Shown here piece by piece: positions 18,458-28,179 of a DNA stretch of 45,470 bases. The stretch is from Parcubacteria bacterium C7867-002 (GTDB lineage: Bacteria > Patescibacteriota > Minisyncoccia > Phycocordibacterales > PALSA-1337), in NCBI GenBank assembly GCA_001189105.1, contig LFCL01000020.1, forward strand, positions 1 to 45,470, given 5' to 3'. A model generated the notes under the pieces. That model was given only the letters and a program-made list of their open reading frames with translations, did no database searches and had not been told where the DNA came from. How positions within the stretch are numbered: position 1 is the stretch's first letter; every line of letters begins with the position of its first letter. The position numbers and the translations under genes are program-made.

Positions 18458-19021
18458 ATGACTTACAAGACTACATACGAACTCAATAAAGATTCATTTA
18501 AAGCCTTGAAGGATACTCTTGCTATCAAGAATCCTATGCAGGCTCCACGCTTGTCAAAGGTGGTTGTCTCCAGTGGTTTCGGTTCAGTTAAGGACAAGAA
18601 AAAGATCGAGCTCATTGCGGACCGTCTCGCTCGTATCACTGGTCAGAAGCCAGCTATGCGTGCAACCAAGAAGGCTATTGCAACATTCAAGACTCGTGTC
18701 GGTGATCCTGTTGGATACCAGGTTACACTCCGTGGTCCACGTATGAATGAATTCTTGGATCGCATGATTCATATTGCTTTCCCTCGCACCAAGGACTTCC
18801 GCGGACTTTCTCGTAACTCTGTCGATGATATGGGTAACTATACGATCGGTATCAAGGAGCACACTATTTTCCCAGAAACAGCTGATGAAGACCTCAAGGA
18901 CGTTTTTGGAATGAGTATCACGATTGTGACTACTTCAAACGACAAAAAGAAGACCTTGGCTTTCCTCGAATATCTCGGTTTGCCTCTCAAGAAAGAAGAA
19001 GACAAAAAAGGAAAGAAATAA
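18458..19021 (+). CDS. rplE: 50S ribosomal protein L5
   Basis: ITGQKP, VTLRG, PRTKDFRG, GNYTIGIKE. Confidence 0.98.
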   Translation: MTYKTTYELNKDSFKALKDTLAIKNPMQAPRLSKVVVSSGFGSVKDKKKIELIADRLARITGQKPAMRATKKAIATFKTRVGDPVGYQVTLRGPRMNEFLDRMIHIAFPRTKDFRGLSRNSVDDMGNYTIGIKEHTIFPETADEDLKDVFGMSITIVTTSNDKKKTLAFLEYLGLPLKKEEDKKGKK

Positions 19022-19088
19022 AAACAAGACACTCCGATAAGGGGTGTTTTTGTTTGTATTAAAAAACTCGCACGGAGAGTGCGAGTGT
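19022..19088. terminator. back-to-back terminators for rplE (+) and the convergent gene (-)
   Basis: GACACTCC/GGGGTGTT plus T tract; AAAAAACTCGCAC-GGAGA-GTGCGAGT. Confidence 0.75.
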
Positions 19089-19112
19089 GTTGCGAATAGG
19101 GATGTATCCTGA

Positions 19113-20012
19113 TCAGTGTGTTAAATTCGGAATATAGAGATCCGCTTGGCCAACCAAAGATGCAATCCCTGTTAAGAGAGTGAGTCCTTGGGCAGGCTGA
19201 TCAACATTGTGACAGGTGAATTCGTGTCCCATATTCTGACGCCGTCCGTGATGAGAAGAATGAATGCCACAGGCATCTCCAGGGCATTCCAGCATCAGAT
19301 AACCATCCCGAAGTTCTCCTCGGATCGAATCGGGAAAGTCGTAACGAGATGCTAAACCAGTGTGATTATATGCTTGTCGCATTGCCCGAGTTACTTCGGG
19401 TAGTATGGTATCGATAAGCTCACTCGATTCTGAGGCCAAGTAATTCGAAAGATCAATTCCAAATATTCCGCCGAGGGAACTCCCATGTTGCTCGGGTTCG
19501 GAAAGAATGTATATCCTCAGATGTTGCGATTCTCTTGCTGAAGTATGTTCATGGCACTCAAGAATGTTGAAGAGGATATTGAGGCTGGAAGTAATCATGA
19601 AGGCCTCTTTGTAATTTATTACACTCTTCTTGCCGGTTTCTCCGCAATAGTTACAAGCGGTTTCATGCTCGAACCGTTTGCCTGTACCGCCACATTCCTC
19701 GCATAAAAAATTCGTTTCTATTTTAATGCGAGGGATGTCGACAGAAAATTTAACATAATCACCGATCTCATTTGTTTTCCTAATGAGTCGATTGAATCCA
19801 AAGGAATCTTTTTGAAGATTTCCTTCAAAACTATCAAGGAGGGGATCCTTCATGTGTCTTTCGGTGAGGTGCTTCACTATCGGTAAGTCTGGGGTGAGGA
19901 CTTGAGCATTGCGAATGCAATCCGTGTGGATTGAGATGACGATGGCGGTCTTGTGTGAATTCCACGAGAGTTGATACTTACGGGGAATGCGATCGGAACG
20001 TAATGATTTCAT
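19113..20012 (-). CDS. hypothetical protein with DnaJ-type CxxCxGxG zinc-finger pair
   Basis: CEECGGTG and CNYCGETG; extra C/H cluster (CPGDACGIH, CHNVD); AAGGA before ATG 20012. Confidence 0.8.
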   Translation of the reverse strand: MKSLRSDRIPRKYQLSWNSHKTAIVISIHTDCIRNAQVLTPDLPIVKHLTERHMKDPLLDSFEGNLQKDSFGFNRLIRKTNEIGDYVKFSVDIPRIKIETNFLCEECGGTGKRFEHETACNYCGETGKKSVINYKEAFMITSSLNILFNILECHEHTSARESQHLRIYILSEPEQHGSSLGGIFGIDLSNYLASESSELIDTILPEVTRAMRQAYNHTGLASRYDFPDSIRGELRDGYLMLECPGDACGIHSSHHGRRQNMGHEFTCHNVDQPAQGLTLLTGIASLVGQADLYIPNLTH

Positions 20013-20134
20013 ATATTCCTTTTTCAAGTGGTTTTTCTACTCTATTGGTACGATATACGCACTTACTTGTAGAGTCAATTAAAAAACCACCCTAATACTT
20101 ATTGGGGTGGTTTGAAGGTGTAGAGCAATCGTCC

Positions 20135-20278
20135 TTACGAAAGCTGAGCAAGTTGCTCATAAGATTTTTTGCAGTGCCGAAGGATAGCACTACGCAAAGC
20201 TTTTTTGGAAGTTTTCCTGAAACGCGAAGGTGTGTTCATGGCAACATGAAGCGGGGAACAAGCCGGGGATTTTTTCAT
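20135..20278 (-). CDS. candidate 47-aa basic protein not in the ORF track
   Basis: MKKSPACSPLHVAMNTPSRFRKTSKKALRSAILRHCKKSYEQLAQLS; followed by a minus-strand terminator at 20080-20113. Confidence 0.4.
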   Translation of the reverse strand: MKKSPACSPLHVAMNTPSRFRKTSKKALRSAILRHCKKSYEQLAQLS

Positions 20279-20426
20279 AGTTTTTAAGAGATCAATTGTT
20301 TATCTCCTTAAACCTTACCACAACCCTCCCATTTCTTCCTCCCTTGTCTTTATACAAAAAATTTGTCATTATATGTTTTTAGAATCAACTCTGTGGGTAA
20401 ACATGGGTCAATAGAGGGAAAGAACT

Positions 20427-20891
20427 ATGACAAAACAAAAAAATCCGGCAACCGCAGTGCTGCCGAGGGTGGAGGATTTCGTGCTGGAAATGCCAGAGGG
20501 GATAGCAGGATGGGTTTTACCTGAAGTGCAGCAAAGCACCCGTGAGCAGGTAAAAGAACACGATCTGCAAGAGGATATGATGTGGATGGAATGTGAACAG
20601 GGTCACACCTTGGGAGAATATTTTGACATCCTTACTCATACACATCGCATCCGCAGGTGCCTCAATGTTGATGAAGGTAGAATACTCATCAACAACAACG
20701 CTCTCGCATCTCCTTTTTTTGAAGGAAAGCAGATTGTGTTGTGGCGTTCTGTTGGTCATGATCATGCAGGAAATTATTTGGTACCCATCATCCAAAACAT
20801 CACCGGCCAGCAACCATTGATGTACTGGCATTACTGTCGGTATCCTTTGTCGAGAAGGCATGCTACGTACACATTTCGTGGACACATGTAA
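20427..20891 (+). CDS. hypothetical protein
   Basis: 154-aa ORF followed by terminator GTCCGAGG/CCTCGGAC plus T tract. Confidence 0.65.
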   Translation: MTKQKNPATAVLPRVEDFVLEMPEGIAGWVLPEVQQSTREQVKEHDLQEDMMWMECEQGHTLGEYFDILTHTHRIRRCLNVDEGRILINNNALASPFFEGKQIVLWRSVGHDHAGNYLVPIIQNITGQQPLMYWHYCRYPLSRRHATYTFRGHM

Positions 20892-20991
20892 GATCATTGT
20901 CCGAGGATAGCCTCGGACTTTTTTAATACATAGACGATAAGGCGCTTTTGGTGTATCGTTTTAGGAAAGAATACTCCTTCTCCATCGTTAT

Positions 20992-21552
20992 ATGTCTACG
21001 AACCCCCACACTATCCAGGCCACTTTTAATACGATATACGCGGAACAATCCGATGCTATATTCCGCTTTTGTCTCGTTCGAGTATCCGATCGTGATCAAG
21101 CACTCGATCTTACTCAAGAGACATTTACTCGATTCTGGCAGAGTTTGGTGCAAGGGAAAGAAATGACACATACACGCGCTTTTTTATTCACTATTGCCAA
21201 TCACTTAATTATCGATTGGTATCGCAAAAAGAAACCCGTTTCGCTCGAAGGTCTCGCGGGACCTGAAGATGAAGAAGGATACGAACCGGTACAAGAGAAT
21301 GCAAAGATGAACATCGAAATGGAGGCAGAAGGAAGATACGTTTTGGATGCCATTCAGAAAATGGGTCCATCGTATCGCCAATCGGTATACCTTCGATATG
21401 TTGAAGGGTTATCTCCTCCGGAAATTGCATCTATATTGAATCTATCGACAAATGCAGTCTCTGTACGAATCAATCGAGGTCTCGAAGAGTTACGAAAATT
21501 AGTCGGGTACGATATCGAGTCAGAGCCAGAATTATCACATGAAAAATCCTAA
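20992..21552 (+). CDS. ECF RNA polymerase sigma factor
   Basis: Region 2 DLTQETF...FLFTIANHLIIDWYRKK; region 4 LRYVEGLSPPEIA..L...AVSVRINRG. Confidence 0.93.
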   Translation: MSTNPHTIQATFNTIYAEQSDAIFRFCLVRVSDRDQALDLTQETFTRFWQSLVQGKEMTHTRAFLFTIANHLIIDWYRKKKPVSLEGLAGPEDEEGYEPVQENAKMNIEMEAEGRYVLDAIQKMGPSYRQSVYLRYVEGLSPPEIASILNLSTNAVSVRINRGLEELRKLVGYDIESEPELSHEKS

Positions 21553-22618
21553 GTTTACACACGCAGTTCAACAAATCCGAAACGTCAGGATGACAGATTC
21601 GGAAAAGAAAACAATGCTCGCGCGCATTGCTGCTTCAACAGCCGTGCCAGGATATTCAGAACCAGTTCGTAGTCCGTGGTCACGTTTTTCTTTTGGGTGG
21701 GCAACTCAGCAACCTTGGCTTGTTGCTGCTCTAGTGTGTCTCATCATCGTCGGTTCAGGAGGAGTTAGTTTGAGCGCCGAAAGGGCATTGCCGGGTAGCG
21801 CATTGTATCCGATCAAAGTACGTATCAATGAATCAGTGCGTGATCGATTGGCACAGACCCCGGAATCCCAAGCGTTATGGTCTGCAGCAAAAAGTGAACG
21901 TCGTATCAATGAGGCTGCAGCCTTGGCGGTAACTGATAGGTTAGATCAGGCAACACAAGAACAACTTCAGGTACGTCTCGACACACATACGCAGGAGCTC
22001 GCACAGGTTCTCGATCAAGTACGTCAAACCGATTCTCCGGAGCGTGCAGATGAAATCAAGGTAGTCTTTCAGGCAACACTCGGTGCACAAGCTGATATTT
22101 TGGAAGTTATCTCTCAGGAGGATGTACGCAGCGGACCCACTGCAGATGCACGCATAGTTGTAGCTGGCCTAGCGCGTACCAGTGCCGATTCGCTTGATGG
22201 TGTAAGTGCTGCTGCATCTGGAGCGATGTCTGCAAAAGCGGCTGCTCCCTTGATGATGGCAATGAATGCTGCGACCGAAGCAGATACGTCTCAGTCTCGG
22301 ATGGCAGATCAGTCGTTTCCTCCAGTCCAACCAGCAACCGAAGAGGCGTATATACGCGCTCATAAGGCTACGCAAAAACTGATGTTTGCTGTTTTGGAGC
22401 AATTGGAAACGGCATCTGTAGCACAGGGTTCATTGCAGGAAAAATTACTCACCCGTGCGGCTGAATATCTCGATCAAGCCAAGAATCATTTTGAAGAAGC
22501 AACTAGAATCCATGATGCAGGAGATATCGGCAGTGCGTATTCGTTGATGTTGGAGTCTCAACGAGCCACCATCCAATCACATATTATTCTCCGCGCCGCG
22601 CTCAAGAAAATCCAATGA
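21539..22618 (+). CDS. putative membrane anti-sigma factor (DUF5667-like)
   Basis: Overlaps the sigma gene; single TM followed by ALPGSALYPIK...E..R. Confidence 0.75.
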   Translation: MKNPKFTHAVQQIRNVRMTDSEKKTMLARIAASTAVPGYSEPVRSPWSRFSFGWATQQPWLVAALVCLIIVGSGGVSLSAERALPGSALYPIKVRINESVRDRLAQTPESQALWSAAKSERRINEAAALAVTDRLDQATQEQLQVRLDTHTQELAQVLDQVRQTDSPERADEIKVVFQATLGAQADILEVISQEDVRSGPTADARIVVAGLARTSADSLDGVSAAASGAMSAKAAAPLMMAMNAATEADTSQSRMADQSFPPVQPATEEAYIRAHKATQKLMFAVLEQLETASVAQGSLQEKLLTRAAEYLDQAKNHFEEATRIHDAGDIGSAYSLMLESQRATIQSHIILRAALKKIQ

Positions 22619-23157
22619 TACCGTATACGTTGCGTCGAAGTATTCGTACCCGTACGGTGCGTATTACGATTCGTCGAACTGGCGACGTGGTCGTCAGTGC
22701 TCCGATTGGCGTGCCTCAGATTTTTATTACCGCTTACCTGGCACGAATGCAACAGTGGATTGCCTCGAAACTATTGTTAATTAAAGAACGTGCTCCCGAT
22801 ACGCGTGTTTCGAGGTTACCTGGTGGTCGTCGAGATTTTGTGGCACACAAAGATGAAGCATTACGGATTTTGTCAGAACGAACCAAAGAGCTCAATCAAG
22901 CCTATCAATTTTCATATACCAAGATCGTAGTACGTAATCAGAAAACTCGCTGGGGTAGTTGTTCTCGCCACGGAGTAATTAATTTTAATTATCGTTTGGC
23001 CTATATGCCCGATGACGTGCGTGACTATGTCATTGTGCACGAATTGTGTCATTTGAAACAATTCAACCACTCGCGCGCATTTTGGGATTTGGTGAAACAG
23101 GCAGTGCCGAATTATAAAGAGGTCAAAAAGAAATTGAAGGGACTGACGGTAGGGTAA
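22615..23157 (+). CDS. YgjP/DUF45 (M48/SprT-like) zinc metallohydrolase
   Basis: QKTRWGSCS, DYVIVHELCHL, NHSRAFW. Confidence 0.92.
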   Translation: MIPYTLRRSIRTRTVRITIRRTGDVVVSAPIGVPQIFITAYLARMQQWIASKLLLIKERAPDTRVSRLPGGRRDFVAHKDEALRILSERTKELNQAYQFSYTKIVVRNQKTRWGSCSRHGVINFNYRLAYMPDDVRDYVIVHELCHLKQFNHSRAFWDLVKQAVPNYKEVKKKLKGLTVG

Positions 23158-24444
23158 TTACGTTCCTACATTACTTCCTGCTACCCACCCCGTAGTCCAA
23201 CACAGTTGCAAACTGTATCCGCCGGAAGGACGATCAATGTTGAGTACATCACCTATGATGTGAAGGTTAGGAACTTTGCGAGACCGCATAGTTTTCCAGT
23301 CGATCTCAGGAAGGGCGACACCACCAGAAGTCACAATCGCTTTGTCTGTACCCAGAAGACCAGTCGCTTCAATACGAACATCTTTGAGAAGTTGCACCAA
23401 GGCTAAACGCTGTTCACGAGTTACGCTATGACAAAAAGTGTCAGGGTTAATTCCTGAAAGTTCGATAATAACGGGAACGAGTGCGCTTGGGATCAATGAA
23501 CTGAGTCCATTTTTAATTTTCTTATTGATTTCTTTTTTGAAAATATCTTGGAGGGCTGTATTGAGTGTTCCATAGTCGTGCGTAGGGAGAAGATCGAGTG
23601 ATATCCAGGCTTTGCCATAACTGAGTTGTTCACGAATATCGCGACTCATATTTAAAATAGTGGGACCACTGATACCAAAGTGGGTAAACAAAATCTTGCC
23701 CTTGTGAGTCATGATTTTCACTCCATCTTGAAGGAGGGAAATCTTGATATCTTTGAGGGTGACGCCTTGAAGTCTCTTGACCCATGCATCGGCTGTTGTG
23801 ACGGGTACGAGTGCCAATGAGGGTGTGATAACGGTGTGACCGAGCTTGGAGAGCCAGGGAAGGGCATCACCGGTGGAACCAGTCTCTGGACGTGATGTTC
23901 CGCCGGTTGCCAGGATGAAAGAAGTAGCTCGGATCTCTTTGAGGCCGTGAGGATTTTTCTTGAGACGAATACTTTGAATGCGTGTACCGGAAGCGTCTTC
24001 GATCGCAGTAAAACCTCCGACGGGTGTGTTGGAGAGCACAGTTACTTTACCGGATTGCATATATGCCACGAGTACATTCCAGACTGACTGTGCTTTGTTG
24101 CTGATGGGGAAGACACGTTTTTCTGCCTCGGTCTTGGTAGGCATGTCATGGGCATGAAAAAAGTCCAGACTATTTTGTACGCCATGTTGTGAAAAAGCAG
24201 AGAAGAGGAATTTATCGTTACCTTTGAATTTCGACAGGAAGACACGCAGATCAAATTCTGCATTAGTAATGTTTGAACGGCCACCACCGGTAATGAGGAG
24301 TTTCTTGCCGAGGGAATCATTTTTTTCAATGAGGATGACGGAGAGTCCGCGTTCTGCCGCACGACCGGCCGCCATCATGCCAGCTGGTCCACCACCGATC
24401 ACGGCGACATCGTAGAGAGGGAGAGTTTTTGCACCCGAAGTCAT
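23158..24444 (-). CDS. HI0933/YhiN (BaiN/RdsA) family flavoprotein
   Basis: GGGPAGMMAA, GKKLLITGGGRSN, ATGG.S.P.TGSTGD, LFTHFGISGP, GGYSLQ. Confidence 0.93.
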   Translation of the reverse strand: MTSGAKTLPLYDVAVIGGGPAGMMAAGRAAERGLSVILIEKNDSLGKKLLITGGGRSNITNAEFDLRVFLSKFKGNDKFLFSAFSQHGVQNSLDFFHAHDMPTKTEAEKRVFPISNKAQSVWNVLVAYMQSGKVTVLSNTPVGGFTAIEDASGTRIQSIRLKKNPHGLKEIRATSFILATGGTSRPETGSTGDALPWLSKLGHTVITPSLALVPVTTADAWVKRLQGVTLKDIKISLLQDGVKIMTHKGKILFTHFGISGPTILNMSRDIREQLSYGKAWISLDLLPTHDYGTLNTALQDIFKKEINKKIKNGLSSLIPSALVPVIIELSGINPDTFCHSVTREQRLALVQLLKDVRIEATGLLGTDKAIVTSGGVALPEIDWKTMRSRKVPNLHIIGDVLNIDRPSGGYSLQLCWTTGWVAGSNVGT

Positions 24445-24528
24445 GGAAATATTATAACACTTTTTGAGGATATGTGCAAATAAAAACCCCGAACGCATGG
24501 CTCGGGGTTAAGAAATGTGCGGTGAAAA

Positions 24529-25032
24529 TTACGTTCCTACGGCAATCAGTTCCGGATACAGCAATGTGTGGAACAGTTCATGGCTCCCACTCAGATGGGC
24601 GATGTCACGTAAACTTTCCTCCGTTTGCAGTCCAACTCGAGCTGCGATTGCAAGCACGAGCGCTTCGTCGGTAAGCTCGGCCAATCCTGAGAATGACAAG
24701 ATGTAGCCGCCAGCACAAATACCTCCGCCGTACTGTTCTTCAGCAGGATTTCTGTTCCTCCAGCTGCTCTCGAGCTCGGGATTTGCCTTGAGTCTCCGAG
24801 CTTTTTCCTGAGCGTACCGGATGTAATGAAGACATTTCGGTTGGGGAACATCACCAATGATGTGGGTATTCATTGATCCCGTGGGATCGATGATGCATAA
24901 ATATCCGCCCCACCGTTGTTTTGGTTGAGACTCTTTGGTCTGCAGATAGAGAAGAAAGGCAGGGGAATCGAAGAATGAACGGGCGATCTTATGGATATGA
25001 TCGGTGCTGACAATGTGTGGTTGGGTTTGCAT
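24529..25032 (-). CDS. hypothetical protein, GlcG/HbpS-like fold suspected
   Basis: AQEKARRL ... GGGICAGGYILSFSG...DEAL resembles the GlcG-type KA...GG.PI...SG...D pattern. Confidence 0.6.
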   Translation of the reverse strand: MQTQPHIVSTDHIHKIARSFFDSPAFLLYLQTKESQPKQRWGGYLCIIDPTGSMNTHIIGDVPQPKCLHYIRYAQEKARRLKANPELESSWRNRNPAEEQYGGGICAGGYILSFSGLAELTDEALVLAIAARVGLQTEESLRDIAHLSGSHELFHTLLYPELIAVGT

Positions 25033-25123
25033 GCAATGTTCACGTAGTGGTTTTTAGGAGAACTCCGTCCTCGGTGCGCATACGCAAGAAGACGTTCTGT
25101 CGAAAGGGTACCGCTTTGAATAG

Positions 25124-25789
25124 AATTGTCAATAGAGAAGAAATGTTGTGTTCTATAACTTGAGCATATCAAAGTCCAACCTTGATTGCGCAAAGAAAAA
25201 ACCGCCCTGATGGCGGCTGTGACTAATAGTTATAACGACTCAGGTACTGTGCGTAGAGCGTTGCGTTGATGGGATTTTGAGGACGATGAGGGAGAAGGTT
25301 CCCCCGGGGAAATAGAGTGGTGTACTGAGGTGAAGTTTCTATTGAATCAATCTCGAGTAATCCCGGGTGAATTTCAAAAGGTCCTCTGTAGTGTTGAATC
25401 ATGAAGAACACTTGGTTCCCTTGAGATATTTCGAAAGGTCCTTCAAATTGTTCCCGATAGGTAACAGGGAACAATACGGATCCTGATGCTCCGCGCCGCA
25501 CCCAAAACTCTTGGCGAGATAGCCATGTCCACGTATCGTTGAAGACAATTTTTGAAGGAGTTTTGTTCCGATTCCACTCGATGTGGTCGCATGTGGCTCG
25601 AAAGATACTTCCGGCGATCATGATCTCTATTTTGCCATCGGGAAACCAGGTGTGTTCACGGCTGCGCATACTATCAAAGGTGATCAATTTTCCATCCATA
25701 TATGTGTGATTTTTTTGGAACAAAAAGGCCTCTTCGAATGTACTCTTTTATCATTAATTGTCAATAGAGAAGAAATGTTGTACTCTATA
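25124..25789. repeat. direct repeat of a promoter block (25124-25157 and 25756-25789)
   Basis: AATTGTCAATAGAGAAGAAATGTTGT exact 26 bp, extending to 34 bp with 2 mismatches. Confidence 0.8.
25223..25699 (-). CDS. hypothetical protein
   Basis: ORF with its own TTGACA promoter and terminator (about 25195-25218). Confidence 0.65.
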   Translation of the reverse strand: MDGKLITFDSMRSREHTWFPDGKIEIMIAGSIFRATCDHIEWNRNKTPSKIVFNDTWTWLSRQEFWVRRGASGSVLFPVTYREQFEGPFEISQGNQVFFMIQHYRGPFEIHPGLLEIDSIETSPQYTTLFPRGNLLPHRPQNPINATLYAQYLSRYNY

Positions 25790-25794
25790 CCTTC

Positions 25795-27318
25795 ATGTCA
25801 AAAAGAACTATGCAATCCGAATCTACCTCCAAAGCCTTTGGTGGTGAGACAGTGATCCGTTTCGAAGATGTTTCATTCGAACATGGACACAATAAACCGA
25901 TCCTTGATGAGGTCAACTTTACAGTACGTCGTGGTACCAAGGTTACCATCATGGGTCAGAACGGTGCCGGTAAGACTACTATTTTTGGTTTGATTCTCGG
26001 TGATCATAAACCAGAATCAGGGACGATTCATTTGCCCAATGGAACAACTATTGCTACAGCCCGTCAGGTGATCCCTCGTGATCAACTCGAACTCTCGGTC
26101 CGTGATTTCTTCCAAAATTGTTTTAAGGATAAAAAATACGATATCGATCCACGTATCGATGCAGTTTTGGAAGTCGTCAATCTCCACGCGCATAAAGGAG
26201 GTCAGGACATCAAAGATCGTCCGCTCAAAATGTTTTCTGGCGGTCAGCAAGCGCGACTCCTTTTGGCTTCGGCTCTGATTCAGGATCCTGATATTTTATT
26301 GCTCGACGAGCCAACAAACAATTTGGATAAGGCGGGTATCGAACATCTGACTCAGTTCCTCATCGGCTATCAGAAGACCTGTTTGGTTATTTCCCATGAT
26401 GCTGAATTTTTGAATGCCTTTACCCACGGTGTGTTATATCTCGACGTCTATACGAAAAAAGTTGAGCAATATGTCGGTGACTATTTCGATGTGGTACAGC
26501 AGATCACCACTCGTATCGAAAAGGAAAATATGAAGAATGCACAATTGGCCAAAGAGATTCAAGAGAACAAAGACAAAGCAAACTTCTTTGCGATGAAAGG
26601 AGGTCAGATGCGTCTCGTGGCAAAACGTATGCGTGAACGTGCCGAAGAGCTTGAAGAAGAGAAAGTTGATGTACGTAAAGAAGATCGCACTATCAAACCA
26701 TTTACTATTCCTGCTCAGAACGACCTTGTTGGGGAAGTGATTGGTATTTCTTCCTATTCAGTTATTAGTCCAAAGACGCACAAGCCAGTCACTCGTGAGT
26801 GCAAAATCTCATTACGCAAGAAGACACATTTGCTTCTTTCAGGACCAAATGGGATCGGTAAAAGTACGCTCTTGGAAAAAATCGTAAATGGTGTAGACGG
26901 TACTGTCATTGCTCCCGGTATTCGTGTCGGTTACTATCGTCAGGATTTCTCAATGATGGATTTTAACGACACTGTCTATCAATCTCTTGAGAAAATTATC
27001 CGTTCGGTTGACGGACGTTTGATTGAAACTGAACTGCGAGCTGTGGCTGCCAGTTTCTTGATCAATGCAGATACGATCCATACCAAGATCGGCAGTCTCT
27101 CCGAAGGACAAAAAGGTTTGGTGGCCTTTGCGCGTTTGGTACTCTTGCGTCCAGGACTTTTGATTCTCGATGAACCAACCAACCACATTAACTTCCGTCA
27201 CTTGCCGATCATTGCCAAAGCACTCGATGAATACGAAGGTGCGATGATTCTCGTTTCTCACGTCCTGGAATTTGTACAACAGATTCGCATAGATGAGGTG
27301 TTGGATTTGGGTAAATAA
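25795..27318 (+). CDS. ABC-F family ATPase
   Basis: Two ABC domains (GQNGAGKT/FSGGQ/LLLDEPTN; GPNGIGKS/LSEGQ/LILDEPTN), no TM. Confidence 0.95.
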   Translation: MSKRTMQSESTSKAFGGETVIRFEDVSFEHGHNKPILDEVNFTVRRGTKVTIMGQNGAGKTTIFGLILGDHKPESGTIHLPNGTTIATARQVIPRDQLELSVRDFFQNCFKDKKYDIDPRIDAVLEVVNLHAHKGGQDIKDRPLKMFSGGQQARLLLASALIQDPDILLLDEPTNNLDKAGIEHLTQFLIGYQKTCLVISHDAEFLNAFTHGVLYLDVYTKKVEQYVGDYFDVVQQITTRIEKENMKNAQLAKEIQENKDKANFFAMKGGQMRLVAKRMRERAEELEEEKVDVRKEDRTIKPFTIPAQNDLVGEVIGISSYSVISPKTHKPVTRECKISLRKKTHLLLSGPNGIGKSTLLEKIVNGVDGTVIAPGIRVGYYRQDFSMMDFNDTVYQSLEKIIRSVDGRLIETELRAVAASFLINADTIHTKIGSLSEGQKGLVAFARLVLLRPGLLILDEPTNHINFRHLPIIAKALDEYEGAMILVSHVLEFVQQIRIDEVLDLGK

Positions 27319-27368
27319 AAAATCCAAGGTTCAACCTTGGATGGGTACTGTGGTGTATAGTGATGCGC

Positions 27369-27716
27369 TTAGTGTGTGGCAGGAGAAGGTGATTTTTGCA
27401 TAAGACGAAAGCGTTGCTCGGTATGGTTCGGGTGAGCTTCCCGTTCAAGGACCCCGTTTTCGACAAACGCCCACATCGTATCTTCCATTGCCTGACTGTG
27501 GTTCATTCCGCGGTGTACGATGAGTTGATCGTACACATCCTGCATCGTGTACCACTGTCCGTCAGAAAAGATGTCCAGGATTTCTTTTTCAAGAGCCGTG
27601 TGGAAGAGCTTGGATGTAAAATAGAAGAAACACATGAGGAGCATGGAGATGGCGATAGTTATACATACACTGATTGGGTTCATAGTGCGCAAGGGGTTGA
27701 GTGTTTGAGGTGTCAC
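27369..27716 (-). CDS. N-terminal TM plus winged-helix-like domain protein
   Basis: Hydrophobic helix then EILDIFSDGQWYTMQDVY...VENGVLERE...RFRL. Confidence 0.6.
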   Translation of the reverse strand: MTPQTLNPLRTMNPISVCITIAISMLLMCFFYFTSKLFHTALEKEILDIFSDGQWYTMQDVYDQLIVHRGMNHSQAMEDTMWAFVENGVLEREAHPNHTEQRFRLMQKSPSPATH

Positions 27717-27721
27717 AGGTG

Positions 27722-28063
27722 CTAACGTTTGAGTGGAGGACTATTGTAGTGTCTTTCGGCAGGTTTTGGAGAAATGGAATACATAACACGTGGCCCATTG
27801 CCACCATTGCTTGTGATGATAGATGCTTCCATGTATCTGTTCATGATGAGGTAGAATTCTCTCTCAGAGAGTCGGAATTTGTTGTCGACAGTGAGTGTCT
27901 GGTAAATATCCCGTCCACTCCTTGGGGTATTGTTGTTGAGTGTGGAAACGATGGCCCAACGTATGGCAAGTTCTTTTTCACGAGCACGTCTGGTGAGGTA
28001 GGACTTCGTCAAAAAGAATCCGAGTATACAAATGGGTAACGAAACCAAAAGTACAGAAGTCAT
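27722..28063 (-). CDS. N-terminal TM plus PadR-like winged-helix protein
   Basis: TM then IVSTL...PRSGRDIY...LSEREFYLIMNRYM...IITS...RVMYSIS. Confidence 0.65.
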   Translation of the reverse strand: MTSVLLVSLPICILGFFLTKSYLTRRAREKELAIRWAIVSTLNNNTPRSGRDIYQTLTVDNKFRLSEREFYLIMNRYMEASIITSNGGNGPRVMYSISPKPAERHYNSPPLKR

Positions 28064-28179
28064 AAGGGTTGTAAGTTGAGTTGTCGAAGTTCAGAATTCT
28101 GAAAATACTGTAGTATGGACACGGAGAGGTGTCAAACAAACCTTCGCTCAGGGTTATGGTGAGGAAATAAAAACGCCTC

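Noticed and set aside
20102..20287. 61-aa plus-strand ORF
   Set aside because: Starts inside a terminator hairpin; the minus-strand 47-aa ORF fits the signals better
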